This document shows positions 11,501-20,550 of a stretch of 64,000 nt of DNA, one piece after another. This DNA is from an uncultured bacterium. Lineage in GTDB: Bacteria > Edwardsbacteria > AC1 > EtOH8. Within the stretch, counting starts at the first letter, position 1. Every line of letters begins with the position of its first letter. Below the pieces are notes generated by a model that was not told where the DNA came from, did not search any database, and worked only from the letters and a program-made list of their open reading frames with translations. Position numbers and translations under genes: made by a program. The stretch lies in the NCBI GenBank assembly GCA_964518765.1, contig CAZFJC010000009.1, forward strand, positions 29,584 through 93,583, written 5' to 3'.

Positions 11501-12535
11501 TCATTCTCGACTTAACTTACTAAGCGCCCACTCCGCATGCTCCCTTACCTCCGGGCTGCGGCTGTTCCTGGCGGCCTCTTCCAGGGCCGGGACGGCGGCC
11601 CGGTCGCCGATGTTCCCCAATGCCACGGCCGCGTTGCGCTGGATGGCCCCGAAGCTCACCCAGCTTTCGGCCATCTGGTTGCCGCTATATCTTTTACGGA
11701 AATCCCTTTCGTCCATCCCCAAAATCGGTATCAGCGGCAGGCTGGGGCCCACCCGGCCGCAACTAGATTTTTTATTTGTCGGCCTGGCCTTTTTATTCAG
11801 CGGACAGGCGTCCTGGCAGATGTTGCACCCATATAGCCGGTCGCCCCAAAACTTTCTGACCTCCTCGGGAAGAGTCATCTGCCGGCTGGACATCCACTGC
11901 AGGCACCGGCTCGAATCCACCACCCCGGGCTCCACGATGGCCCCGGTGGGGCAGGCGTCCACGCAGGCCCAGCAGTCGCCGCAGCCGTCCGGCACCGGTT
12001 CGTCCGGCTCCAAATCTAGGCCCGAGACCAGCAGGCCGAGGACAATCCAAGAACCGAACTCGGAGGTGGTGATCAACCCGTGCTTCCCGTACCACCCCAC
12101 CCCGGCCCGCGCCGCCAGCGGTTTCTCGGCCAGCCTGCCGTTGGAAAATATCTTACACTGTAATAAACCGCCCAGCTCTTTTTCCAACCTGCCGGCTACG
12201 GCTTTGAGCCTGTCCCTGGTGTCCTGGTAGTAGTTGCTCCAATCGTAGCGGGCTATTCGTCCGTGCGGCTCGCCGGGCTTGCCCAGCGATTCCGGGCCGG
12301 ACTCCAGGTAGCAGTTGGCCACGACCAGGACCGACCTGGCGCCGGGGAGTTCGGAGCTTGGATCGAACCTTGGCTCGATGCCCTCGACATCCCAGTTGGG
12401 CTTGAGCCCCCGTTTCACCTGCTTTCTGGCCCGCTCCAGAGCCCCGGTGTCCTGCCCGGCCGGGGCGATACCGGCCGCGTCCAGCCCTGCCTCCAGGGCC
12501 AGTGACTTGACGAAGACCGCACTTATCCGCTTCAC
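11501..12535 (-). CDS. queG: epoxyqueuosine reductase
   Basis: Two 4Fe-4S ferredoxin motifs (CGDCWACVDACP, CNICQDACP); C-terminal HEAT-like repeat. Confidence 0.85.
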   Translation of the reverse strand: MKRISAVFVKSLALEAGLDAAGIAPAGQDTGALERARKQVKRGLKPNWDVEGIEPRFDPSSELPGARSVLVVANCYLESGPESLGKPGEPHGRIARYDWSNYYQDTRDRLKAVAGRLEKELGGLLQCKIFSNGRLAEKPLAARAGVGWYGKHGLITTSEFGSWIVLGLLVSGLDLEPDEPVPDGCGDCWACVDACPTGAIVEPGVVDSSRCLQWMSSRQMTLPEEVRKFWGDRLYGCNICQDACPLNKKARPTNKKSSCGRVGPSLPLIPILGMDERDFRKRYSGNQMAESWVSFGAIQRNAAVALGNIGDRAAVPALEEAARNSRSPEVREHAEWALSKLSRE

Positions 12536-13548
12536 GAGCCTGACTTCATTCTTTCGATCTCCTCAGCCAGGCTTTGCCAGATCCGCCGGTGCTCCGCCGC
12601 TTTCTCCCCGTCTCCGGACGCCTCATACGCCTTGGCGTAGGCCTGGTGCAGGGCGATCCTCAGCTTCCGATCGCCGATCTTGGGCTCCAGCATCCTGGCC
12701 AGAGACAGCAGCTCCAAGCTCTCATTGACGTGTTCCGGGTCGGCCAGCATCTCGGCGGTGTGCACCAGGGCCGCCATCTCGGTGGCCACGTCGTCCACCT
12801 CCCGGGCTATCTCGATGCTTTTCCCCCAGACCTCCATGGCCCGCTCCTTCTGGCCCATGTCCCGGTAGGAGAGCCCCATATCGAACCAGGTGGCGGCCTC
12901 GGCCTGGCGGTTGCCGTACTCGGGGAAAACGGCCAGGGCCTGGCGGCAGCAGTCCAGCGCCTTCTGGGGCTGGCCGCCGGTACGGTAGATGCTGGAGAGG
13001 TTGATCAGGGTCATGGTGGCGTATTGCACCTCGCCCAGCTCCCGGAACAGGACCAGCGCCTGCTGGTAGTATCCGGTGGCCTGGTCTTCCAGGCTCATGG
13101 CGTAATGGACGTTGCCCAGGTTGTTGAGGGCCGAGGCCTGCATCAGCCGGTCCCCGGATTCACGCGATTTTTCAAGCACCTCGGTGTACGAGGAGGCCGC
13201 GGCCTGCAGGTCCCCGGTGCGTCGGTGTATGTTGCCGATGATGTTGGCCACCCTCAGCGCCTTGGCTTCGTCCTTCAGCTCGTGGAAGAGACGCAGGGTC
13301 TCCCTCTCGTCCTCCATGGCCCGGCCGTGCTCCGAGACCAGCAGGTAGCAGTTGCCCCTGGTCCTGAAGGCCTCGGCCAGGCCCCTCTGGTACTCGAGGC
13401 GGCGCGACAGCTCCAGGGCCCGGTCGCACAGCTCGATGGCGCCCCGCGGGTCCTTCTCCCTCAGCTCCACCGCCAGCCGGTTCATCAGGTCAGCCTTGGC
13501 CGGGCCGTCGGCCATGGCCTCCAATTTGGTTTTCAGCTCAGGCTCCAC
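12532..13548 (-). CDS. cytoplasmic TPR-repeat protein, paralog of 17339..18388
   Basis: No signal peptide; N-terminal MxxELxxKLxAMxDxPxKADLM motif; TPR_10/12-like repeats. Confidence 0.8.
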   Translation of the reverse strand: MEPELKTKLEAMADGPAKADLMNRLAVELREKDPRGAIELCDRALELSRRLEYQRGLAEAFRTRGNCYLLVSEHGRAMEDERETLRLFHELKDEAKALRVANIIGNIHRRTGDLQAAASSYTEVLEKSRESGDRLMQASALNNLGNVHYAMSLEDQATGYYQQALVLFRELGEVQYATMTLINLSSIYRTGGQPQKALDCCRQALAVFPEYGNRQAEAATWFDMGLSYRDMGQKERAMEVWGKSIEIAREVDDVATEMAALVHTAEMLADPEHVNESLELLSLARMLEPKIGDRKLRIALHQAYAKAYEASGDGEKAAEHRRIWQSLAEEIERMKSGS

Positions 13549-13563
13549 TTGCCGTTCCCGCCC

Positions 13564-14439
13564 TCAGCTCCCGACGGCCATCGGCAGGGTGAAGCTGATG
13601 CCCGTGCCCTCGCCCACCCGGCTCTTGACCGATATCCTACCACCATGCGCCGTCACGATGGCCTTGACGATGGACAGCCCCAGACCCATCCCGGTCTGGC
13701 GCCTGGCGGCATCGGTGCTTTCCACCTGGAAGAAGCGGTCGAAGATCCTGGGAATGGCTTCCTCGGGGATGCCGATGCCGGTGTCTGTAACCACGATTAC
13801 CACCTGTCCCTCGGCGGGGCTGGCCTCGGCCGTTACCCTTATGATTCCCTTCTCGGTGAACTTGATGGCATTCACCAGCAGGTTATCCAGCACCTGGGCG
13901 ATGCGGCCCCGGTCGGCGTTGACGGCGACATCCTCTGCCACCTCGGCGACGGCCTCGAGCCCCTTCCTCTCCAACATCACCCTCTGCCCCCCCAGCACCT
14001 CATCTACCAAGGGCTTGAGCGGGAACGGCTCTGGGTCCACCGTCAGCTTGCCGGACTCCAGCCTGGTGAAATCCAGCAGGTCCGAGATCTGCCGGTGAAG
14101 CTTCTTAAGGCTCCGCGACATAGCATCCACCGCCCTGGCCTGCTCGTCGGTGAGCGGCCCCAGCTTGCCGCTCTGCAGGTACTCGTTATATCCTAGCAGG
14201 ATGGTCAGAGGGGTCTTCAGCTCGTGGGAGACGGTGCCGATGAAGTCGCTCTTGAGGCGGTCTAGCTCCAAAAGCTCCAGGTTGGACTGGTTGAGCCGAT
14301 CGTAGGCCGCTGACATGTCCTCCAGCTCCCTCTCTAGCCTGTCCAGCCTGGCCCTCAGGGCGTCGCCTTCTTGAGGCCGGGGATCGGCGGGCCCACTTCC
14401 GCCTGAAGCGACATTTGAATTGGGTATACCTTTCCTCAT
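13564..14439 (-). CDS. soluble sensor histidine kinase with only a coiled-coil N-terminus (no sensor or TM domain)
   Basis: H-box VSHELKTPLT; N, G1, G2 boxes (DTGIGIP, GLGLSIV); no TM segment. Confidence 0.9.
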   Translation of the reverse strand: MRKGIPNSNVASGGSGPADPRPQEGDALRARLDRLERELEDMSAAYDRLNQSNLELLELDRLKSDFIGTVSHELKTPLTILLGYNEYLQSGKLGPLTDEQARAVDAMSRSLKKLHRQISDLLDFTRLESGKLTVDPEPFPLKPLVDEVLGGQRVMLERKGLEAVAEVAEDVAVNADRGRIAQVLDNLLVNAIKFTEKGIIRVTAEASPAEGQVVIVVTDTGIGIPEEAIPRIFDRFFQVESTDAARRQTGMGLGLSIVKAIVTAHGGRISVKSRVGEGTGISFTLPMAVGS

Positions 14440-15792
14440 CTATTTCGCTCCCGGCCCTTGGGCCAGCCTTTTCAGCCTGAGCCTTATCCGGCGCAAACCT
14501 TCCCAGATGCGGCCCAGAACCTCCCTCTCCGCCCCGGGAAACTTGATGATAATCTCGGGGAAATCGTCATTGCCCAGGTGGTCCGGCGGACTTTTGGGCT
14601 CCTCCCTGGCCTCCCGCAGGCATAGGGCGTGCTCGGCCATCTGGTTGAACTCGCGGCAGACGTTCTCCGCCTTCAGCCTCAGGCTCCTAGCCTGATCTTC
14701 CCTGACGCTGGCCGCCAAGCTTTCGCCGCCATCGGCCGCGGATTCGCCCCCAAACCGGTGCAGCTCGTACTCCTCGATATTGGACGAAAGCATCTCCACC
14801 AGGCTCCCGAAGTACCGGAAGCGGAACTGCAGGGCTCCAGCCAGGTCGCCCCTGGCCTCGTGGTTGTCGGCGAACTCCTGGTAGAGGGACCGCAGAACGT
14901 TCTGGTCTCCCAGCTTCTCTGCTAGGGGCAGGGCGTGTTCGGCATACTCCAGGGCGGTGTCCAGCTCGTTGGTCAGGTTCTTGAGCTTGGCCAACAGGGT
15001 CATAACGTAGACCTCCATGACGGCGTTGCCGCCGTCGACCGCCAGGTCCATGGCCTTCATCAGGCATTCGTAAGATTGGTTGTATTCTCCGGAGTCGCGG
15101 TGGAGGTTGGCGATGTTGATCCAGCTGTGCACCTGGGAGAAGCGGTCTCCTATCTGCTGGCGGATGGCCAGGCTTTCCTTGAGGTGCTCCATGGCCCCCT
15201 GCCGGTCCCCCAGCGTCTTCATACATAGCGCGATGTTGCTCAGAGCGTGGGCCACGTTGCGGCTGTCCCCGACCCTCTCCAGGATCTCCAGGCTCCGCTG
15301 GAAGTGCTCCAGGGCCTTTTCGTTGTCGTCCAGGCTCCGGAAGGTCAGCCCGATATTGTTGATGACATAGGCCCGGATCATCTCGTCATCCGAACCAGCT
15401 AGGATCTCCAGCGCCCTCTGGAAGTGCTCCAGGGCTACCCCCAGGGCCCCCATCCTGGTGTAGGCCAGCCCGATGTTGTTCAGACACCTGCCGGCCTCGC
15501 GGGCATCCCCCAGCTCTCGATACATGGCCAGGGCCTGCAGGCCGCAGCTGACCGACCGGGGATAATCCCCCAGCTGCTCGTATATGGCGCCTGTTATCCT
15601 GGTGGCCGAGGCCAGGCTCTGGCTGAGCTGTAGCCTTTGGCTGAGCTGGGACGCCTTCTCCGCCTGGGCCAGGGCCTGAATAGGGTCGGTGCTCTGGTAG
15701 AGCCCGGCCAGTTCGATCAGCAGATCGGCCCGCTCCGGCGAATCGGGAAGGTTTTCGAGGATTGCTTGGATTTCCTGTATTCGGTTTGACAC
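14440..15792 (-). CDS. cytoplasmic TPR-repeat protein, translationally coupled to the histidine kinase
   Basis: N-terminal LPDSPERADLL motif shared with the two flanking TPR paralogs; at least 8 TPR-like repeats; stop abuts the HK start. Confidence 0.8.
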   Translation of the reverse strand: MSNRIQEIQAILENLPDSPERADLLIELAGLYQSTDPIQALAQAEKASQLSQRLQLSQSLASATRITGAIYEQLGDYPRSVSCGLQALAMYRELGDAREAGRCLNNIGLAYTRMGALGVALEHFQRALEILAGSDDEMIRAYVINNIGLTFRSLDDNEKALEHFQRSLEILERVGDSRNVAHALSNIALCMKTLGDRQGAMEHLKESLAIRQQIGDRFSQVHSWINIANLHRDSGEYNQSYECLMKAMDLAVDGGNAVMEVYVMTLLAKLKNLTNELDTALEYAEHALPLAEKLGDQNVLRSLYQEFADNHEARGDLAGALQFRFRYFGSLVEMLSSNIEEYELHRFGGESAADGGESLAASVREDQARSLRLKAENVCREFNQMAEHALCLREAREEPKSPPDHLGNDDFPEIIIKFPGAEREVLGRIWEGLRRIRLRLKRLAQGPGAK

Positions 15793-15794
15793 TG

Positions 15795-17342
15795 CTAGTT
15801 GGCGTGTTTTTTTGCTTTGGTTTCCATTACCAATAAAGCACGCTGCTCCCAGTATGTCAGCCCCATGGATCGGAATTCCTCAGCCGATCGGTTGAGCTGC
15901 TTGTTCGCTTCTTCTTCATCGCCACACCTTGCCAGCATGGTCCCCCATCTCAATATAACGTGCGCTGCCAGGTAAGGCCGTTGACATGAACGGTACAAGC
16001 TGGCTGCCTGGCTGTAACATTCGCCGGCTCCGGCGGCCTCGCCGTTGTGTTCATTATAGATTCCCTGGGCTTCGAACCATCTGGCCTGTTTATATGGCGA
16101 GCCAGAGCCGACGGCCTCATCCACCCCCATCCAAATCTCCTCGCGGGCTGTCGCCTGTTCGCCTAGGTGGATCCTGGCTATGGCCAGAAAGCGCTTGGCC
16201 TCATCCTTTATCGGTGAAGTATCACGCATTCCAACAAGCCGCAACGCCTTCTCAAAGGATCCTTTGGCGGCGGCATAGTCGCCCTTGACCATCTGGGCCT
16301 CCCCTTTCATGAGAAGATAGCCTGCGGTCTGCTCATCTCCTCCCTTGTCTTTTATGATCTTTTCGGCTTCCTCCAGGATTTCCAGGGCAGCAGCCCCATC
16401 GCCCTTCATACAGAACAGCTTTCCCCGGGCCGCAATGTTTTCCGCCTCTTCCTTACGGAACCCCATTTGGCGGAAAAGGTCTCGCGACTGCTCATATGAT
16501 GACATGGCCCCGTCGATCCGGCCTAGGCAGGTCAGAATGTTCCCGATGCCGTTCAGGCTGAAGGCTTGACCATGGATGTCCCCGATATGCCTCTGCAAAC
16601 TCAAAGCGCGTTCGAATAGGGAAAGGGCTTGCTTCAGCAGTTCCTGGTCCTGTAGTATTATCCCTAAGTAGTACAGACATTTCGCCTGCCCCCCGATGTT
16701 GCCGATCTGCTCGTGCAGATACAGGGAACTCTCGAACAGCTTCTGTGCCTCATGGCTGTTCCCCAGCTCGTACTGGCTGGCGCCCATATTGTACAGGGTG
16801 GAAGCCTCGCCCAGCCGGTCATTCAGCCGTCGCCTTATATTCAGCGATTCCCCGTCGCATTCGTCCGAAAGCCGGTGTTCCCCGCGGCAAAAGTGAATCA
16901 TGCCGATGTTGTGCAAAGCCATGGCCACGTTCCGCTCGTCACCCAGGCTTTGGAACAACTCTTTGGATCGTTGCAGGGTTTGCATGGCGTCATCAAACAT
17001 CCTCCGGTCCTTGAGGATGACGCCCAGGTTGTTCAGGCAGGTTGCCTGGCCGTATTTGTCGCCGGACTTCTGCCTGAGTATTAGGGCGCGCTCTATATGT
17101 CGTCGCGACTGGTCGAATTCGCCGACGTTATAGAGCACGGTCCCGATGCAGTTGAGGCTGGCTGCCTCCCGGTCTTCTTTGTTCAATACCTGGGCTACTT
17201 TTAGGCTTCTTTTGGCCTCGGCCAGGGCCCTTCTACTTTCCCCGGTGATTTTCAATACTTCCGCGATTCCTATCAGCAGGCCATGGAAAACCTCAGCCTG
17301 ATCAGATCTCCCCCGGAATCGATCTTCTCCTTTCGTGTTCAT
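15795..17342 (-). CDS. cytoplasmic TPR-repeat protein (515 aa)
   Basis: Repeated LxNxGxxxxxxGxxxxA TPR_12-like units; no signal peptide. Confidence 0.8.
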   Translation of the reverse strand: MNTKGEDRFRGRSDQAEVFHGLLIGIAEVLKITGESRRALAEAKRSLKVAQVLNKEDREAASLNCIGTVLYNVGEFDQSRRHIERALILRQKSGDKYGQATCLNNLGVILKDRRMFDDAMQTLQRSKELFQSLGDERNVAMALHNIGMIHFCRGEHRLSDECDGESLNIRRRLNDRLGEASTLYNMGASQYELGNSHEAQKLFESSLYLHEQIGNIGGQAKCLYYLGIILQDQELLKQALSLFERALSLQRHIGDIHGQAFSLNGIGNILTCLGRIDGAMSSYEQSRDLFRQMGFRKEEAENIAARGKLFCMKGDGAAALEILEEAEKIIKDKGGDEQTAGYLLMKGEAQMVKGDYAAAKGSFEKALRLVGMRDTSPIKDEAKRFLAIARIHLGEQATAREEIWMGVDEAVGSGSPYKQARWFEAQGIYNEHNGEAAGAGECYSQAASLYRSCQRPYLAAHVILRWGTMLARCGDEEEANKQLNRSAEEFRSMGLTYWEQRALLVMETKAKKHAN

Positions 17343-18388
17343 GATTGACTATCCCTTTCGGGTTCGCTCTCTCCTCCCCACCCGCCCTGCTGCCTCAAGT
17401 CACGTTCCATCCGCTCGGCCATCGCCAGGAAGCTCTCAGCCTTGGCCCCGTGGCCCATCTGCCTCCAGGCATCAGCATACGCCTTTTGTATAGTAATTAG
17501 AAGCCTCTTATCCCCCAATCCCGCGCTCTGGGCGTTGGCCATGTCTAGCACCTCCAACGCCTCCTCGGCCTTGCCGTCGGCCAGCATCAGGGTGGCGGTG
17601 CTGGTTAGGGCCGATACCTCGGTCTCCAAGTCCCCCACCTCCCTGGCCATTTTGATGCATTTTTCCCACTCGTCCATGGCCTGCACCGGGTCGCCCATAT
17701 CTCGATAGATGTTACCGGCCACGTGGTGGGCCGAGGCCGCCCCGGCCTTGTCACCGTACTCCATCATGATTTTAGCCGCCCCCAGGCTGTTTTCTAAGGC
17801 CGGCTCGAAATCGCCCGATTCCCGGTAGAGGTCGGCCAGGTTGACCATGGCTCCGGCAATGAACCGCTGTTCCCCTAACTCCTGGTATCCCTCCAGCCCT
17901 TGGAGGAAGTACTTGAGGGCGCCCTGGCTGTCTCCCATATATTGGTGGACGATTCCCAGGTTGTTTAAGGCCGAGGCCGCCAGCAGCTTGTCACCTATCA
18001 TGTTTGCGACCATTTGGACGTGCTGGTAGCTCTCGGCCGCCTTCCGGTAGTCCCCTAGGTGCCGGTGGATGCAGGCGATCTGGTTCTCCATCCGGCAGGC
18101 CCTCGCCTCCTCGCCCAGTTTGCGCAGCAGGCCCAGGGATTCCAGCCCGTGCTTCAGCGCCTCCCGGTGGCGGGCCAGCACTATCTCGCAGAAGCTTAGT
18201 ATGCCCAGGCCGTAGGCCCTCCCCATCTCATAGTCCAGGCGCTCCGAGGCTGCCAGCGATTCCCGGCACAGCTCGGCCGCCTCGGCCGGCCGGCTGTCCG
18301 AGAGTTCGGCCGCCATCTTGGTCATCAGGTCGGCCTTCTCCGGCGAGTCCGGCATGGCCGACAGTTTCTGCTGGAGCTCCTTGTCCAT
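17339..18388 (-). CDS. cytoplasmic TPR-repeat protein, paralog of 12532..13548
   Basis: MDKELQQKLSAMPDSPEKADLM N-terminal motif; collinear similarity to the 12532..13548 protein. Confidence 0.8.
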   Translation of the reverse strand: MDKELQQKLSAMPDSPEKADLMTKMAAELSDSRPAEAAELCRESLAASERLDYEMGRAYGLGILSFCEIVLARHREALKHGLESLGLLRKLGEEARACRMENQIACIHRHLGDYRKAAESYQHVQMVANMIGDKLLAASALNNLGIVHQYMGDSQGALKYFLQGLEGYQELGEQRFIAGAMVNLADLYRESGDFEPALENSLGAAKIMMEYGDKAGAASAHHVAGNIYRDMGDPVQAMDEWEKCIKMAREVGDLETEVSALTSTATLMLADGKAEEALEVLDMANAQSAGLGDKRLLITIQKAYADAWRQMGHGAKAESFLAMAERMERDLRQQGGWGGESEPERDSQS

Positions 18389-18412
18389 GTAACGCTTTTT
18401 CCGCCTGGTTCT

Positions 18413-18441
18413 ATTTTACTATCGGACGGCCGCAAAAGCAA
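18413..18441 (-). promoter_or_regulatory. candidate sigma70 promoter TTGCTT-N17-TAAAAT for the TPR-HK operon
   Basis: Hexamers with 17-nt spacer about 25 nt upstream of the first TPR gene ATG. Confidence 0.35.
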
Positions 18442-18475
18442 GAAAATAAGAAGCCCGGGTCGATAAACCCGGGCT
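18442..18475 (-). terminator. rho-independent terminator downstream of the acyl-CoA dehydrogenase gene
   Basis: Stem AGCCCGGGT / ACCCGGGCT followed by a U-rich tract on the minus strand. Confidence 0.6.
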
Positions 18476-18493
18476 TTCCTGGCCGCTCGTCCC

Positions 18494-19654
18494 TTATTCC
18501 TTGGAACCGGCCGCCTCCTTGATGAGGTTGGAGGCGATGACCGTCCGCTGGATCTGGTTGGTGCCCTCGTAGATCTGGGTGATCTTGGCGTCGCGCATCA
18601 TCTTCTCCACCGGATATTCCTTCATATAGCCGTAGCCCCCCAGCACCTGGACGGCGTTGGTGGTCACCTCCATGGCCACGTCCGAGGCGAAGCACTTACA
18701 CATGGCGCTCTCCTTGGAGTACTTCTTCTCCCCGGCGTCGATCATTCGGGCGGTGGCGTAGACCAGGGCCCGGGCCGCCTCCAGCTTCATGGCCATGTCT
18801 GCCAGCAGGAATTGCACTCCCTGGAAGGCTGAGATCGGCTTGCCGAACTGCTCTCGCTCCCTGGAGTACCTGACGGCCTCGTCCAGCGCCCCCTGGGCGA
18901 TGCCCACCGCCTGGGCGGCCACCCCGGGGCGGCTGCGGTCCAGCGTTCCCATGGCCACCATAAAGCCCATGCCCTCCTTCCCCAGGATCTGGCTTTTGTG
19001 CACCCGGCAGTCCTCGAACACCAACTCCCGGGTGGCCGAGGCCCGGATGCCCATCTTATTCTCCTTCTTGCCGAAGCTGAAGCCCGGCGTTCCCTTCTCC
19101 ACGATGAAGGCGGTGGCCCCTCGACTGCCCTTGGAGCGGTCGGTCATGGCCACCACCGAATAGACCTCAGCCTCGCCGCCGTTGGTGATCCACTGCTTGG
19201 TGCCGTTGAGCACGTAGTGATCACCTTCGCGCATCGCCGTGGTCTGGATGCCGCCGGCGTCAGAGCCGGCGTTGGCCTCGGTCAGGGCGAAGGCCGCCAG
19301 CCGTTTGCCCTTGGCGATGTCCGGCAGGTACTTCCTCTTTTGCTCGTCGGTGCCGTAGAGGATAATGGGAAAGGTTCCCAGGCCGGTGGCAGCGAAGGAC
19401 AGGGAGATGCCGCCGCAGAAACGCGACAGCTCCTCGGTGGCGATGGCCATCTCGGTGACCCCCCCGCCCAAACCGCCGTACTCGGCCGGGATGTAGACCC
19501 CGCAGATGTCGGCCTCGGCCAGCACCTTGACGATCTCCCAGGGGAACTCCCCGGTCTCGTCGTAATGCTCCCGCACCGGCTTGATCTTCTCCGCCCCTAT
19601 CTTGTGGCAGAGGTCCTTGATCATCTTCTGCTCTTCGGTCAGAAAGTAGTTCAT
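18494..19654 (-). CDS. acyl-CoA dehydrogenase (short/medium chain, butyryl-CoA DH-like)
   Basis: 386 aa, collinear ACAD fold motifs (ends YEGTNQIQRTVIA). Confidence 0.9.
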   Translation of the reverse strand: MNYFLTEEQKMIKDLCHKIGAEKIKPVREHYDETGEFPWEIVKVLAEADICGVYIPAEYGGLGGGVTEMAIATEELSRFCGGISLSFAATGLGTFPIILYGTDEQKRKYLPDIAKGKRLAAFALTEANAGSDAGGIQTTAMREGDHYVLNGTKQWITNGGEAEVYSVVAMTDRSKGSRGATAFIVEKGTPGFSFGKKENKMGIRASATRELVFEDCRVHKSQILGKEGMGFMVAMGTLDRSRPGVAAQAVGIAQGALDEAVRYSREREQFGKPISAFQGVQFLLADMAMKLEAARALVYATARMIDAGEKKYSKESAMCKCFASDVAMEVTTNAVQVLGGYGYMKEYPVEKMMRDAKITQIYEGTNQIQRTVIASNLIKEAAGSKE

Positions 19655-19734
19655 GGTAAGCCTCCTCTACTCATGGTCGTGGCGAAAGCCGCTTCCTGAA
19701 TTACTGGAGAAGCGGTCGCGGTCAGTCTTTTCTT

Positions 19735-20550
19735 TTATCCTCGCACCGGCCTCGTCCGCCCCTTTTGGGGCTTGGCGGCGCCCAGTGCCTCATCCTTTAG
19801 CCGGTCCAGCGCTTGGCGGGCGGCCATCTGCTCGGCCTCCTTCTTGCTGCGGGCGGCAGCCAGGCCATAGCGCTTGCGGTCCAGTTTCAGCTCCACCTCG
19901 AACAGGCGCTGATGGCGCGGCCCGCTCTCCGCCTTCAGGTGGTAGCGGGTGCTGCGACGGTCGCCGTGCGACTGCATATGCTCTTGGAGCATCCCCTTGA
20001 AGTTGAGGTGGGCGCTGTCGGTTATCAGGTGGTCTATCCGCCACAGGAAGCTCTGCTTCAGGAAATGCCGTACCGCCTCCAGGCCCCGGTCCAGGTAATA
20101 GGCGCCCAGCAGCGATTCCATGGCGTCGCCCAACACATTATCCTTGTTGCGCCCCCCGGAGGCGTGCTCTTCCGAGGACATCTCCAGCATCTCGCCCAGA
20201 CCCAGCTCCCGGGCCACCCCGGCCAGTACCTTCTTGCTGACGATCAGCGACTTTATCTCGGTCAGCCTGCCCTCGTCTTCGGAGGGCCGGGTGCGGTAGA
20301 GATGCTCGCAGACAATCAGGCCCAGCACCGAGTCACCCAGAAGCTCCAGCCTTTCGAAGGACTCTAGGTGGCTGGGGGCAGCCGAGCGGTGCCGCAGGGC
20401 CAGCAGATAGAGTTCGGGGTTGCGGATGCCCCAGCCCAGACGATCCCTGATCTTACGCAGGGCCTCGCGCCGGGAGTGGGGCAGGTCCCTACCCTTCAGT
20501 CCCAGGATTCTTCTTATCAAAAAGCCACCGCTATCACCCTTCCGGGTCAA
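19735..20550 (-). CDS. rnc: ribonuclease III
   Basis: ERLELLGDSVLGLIV catalytic signature; C-terminal dsRBD; overlaps fabF by 4 nt. Confidence 0.85.
   Translation of the reverse strand: MTRKGDSGGFLIRRILGLKGRDLPHSRREALRKIRDRLGWGIRNPELYLLALRHRSAAPSHLESFERLELLGDSVLGLIVCEHLYRTRPSEDEGRLTEIKSLIVSKKVLAGVARELGLGEMLEMSSEEHASGGRNKDNVLGDAMESLLGAYYLDRGLEAVRHFLKQSFLWRIDHLITDSAHLNFKGMLQEHMQSHGDRRSTRYHLKAESGPRHQRLFEVELKLDRKRYGLAAARSKKEAEQMAARQALDRLKDEALGAAKPQKGRTRPVRG

Noticed and set aside
12574-14196. 540-aa plus-strand ORF antisense to the TPR and histidine-kinase genes
   Set aside because: Low-complexity G/P/R/L-rich translation typical of the opposite strand of high-GC coding DNA. It is fully overlapped by well-supported minus-strand genes.
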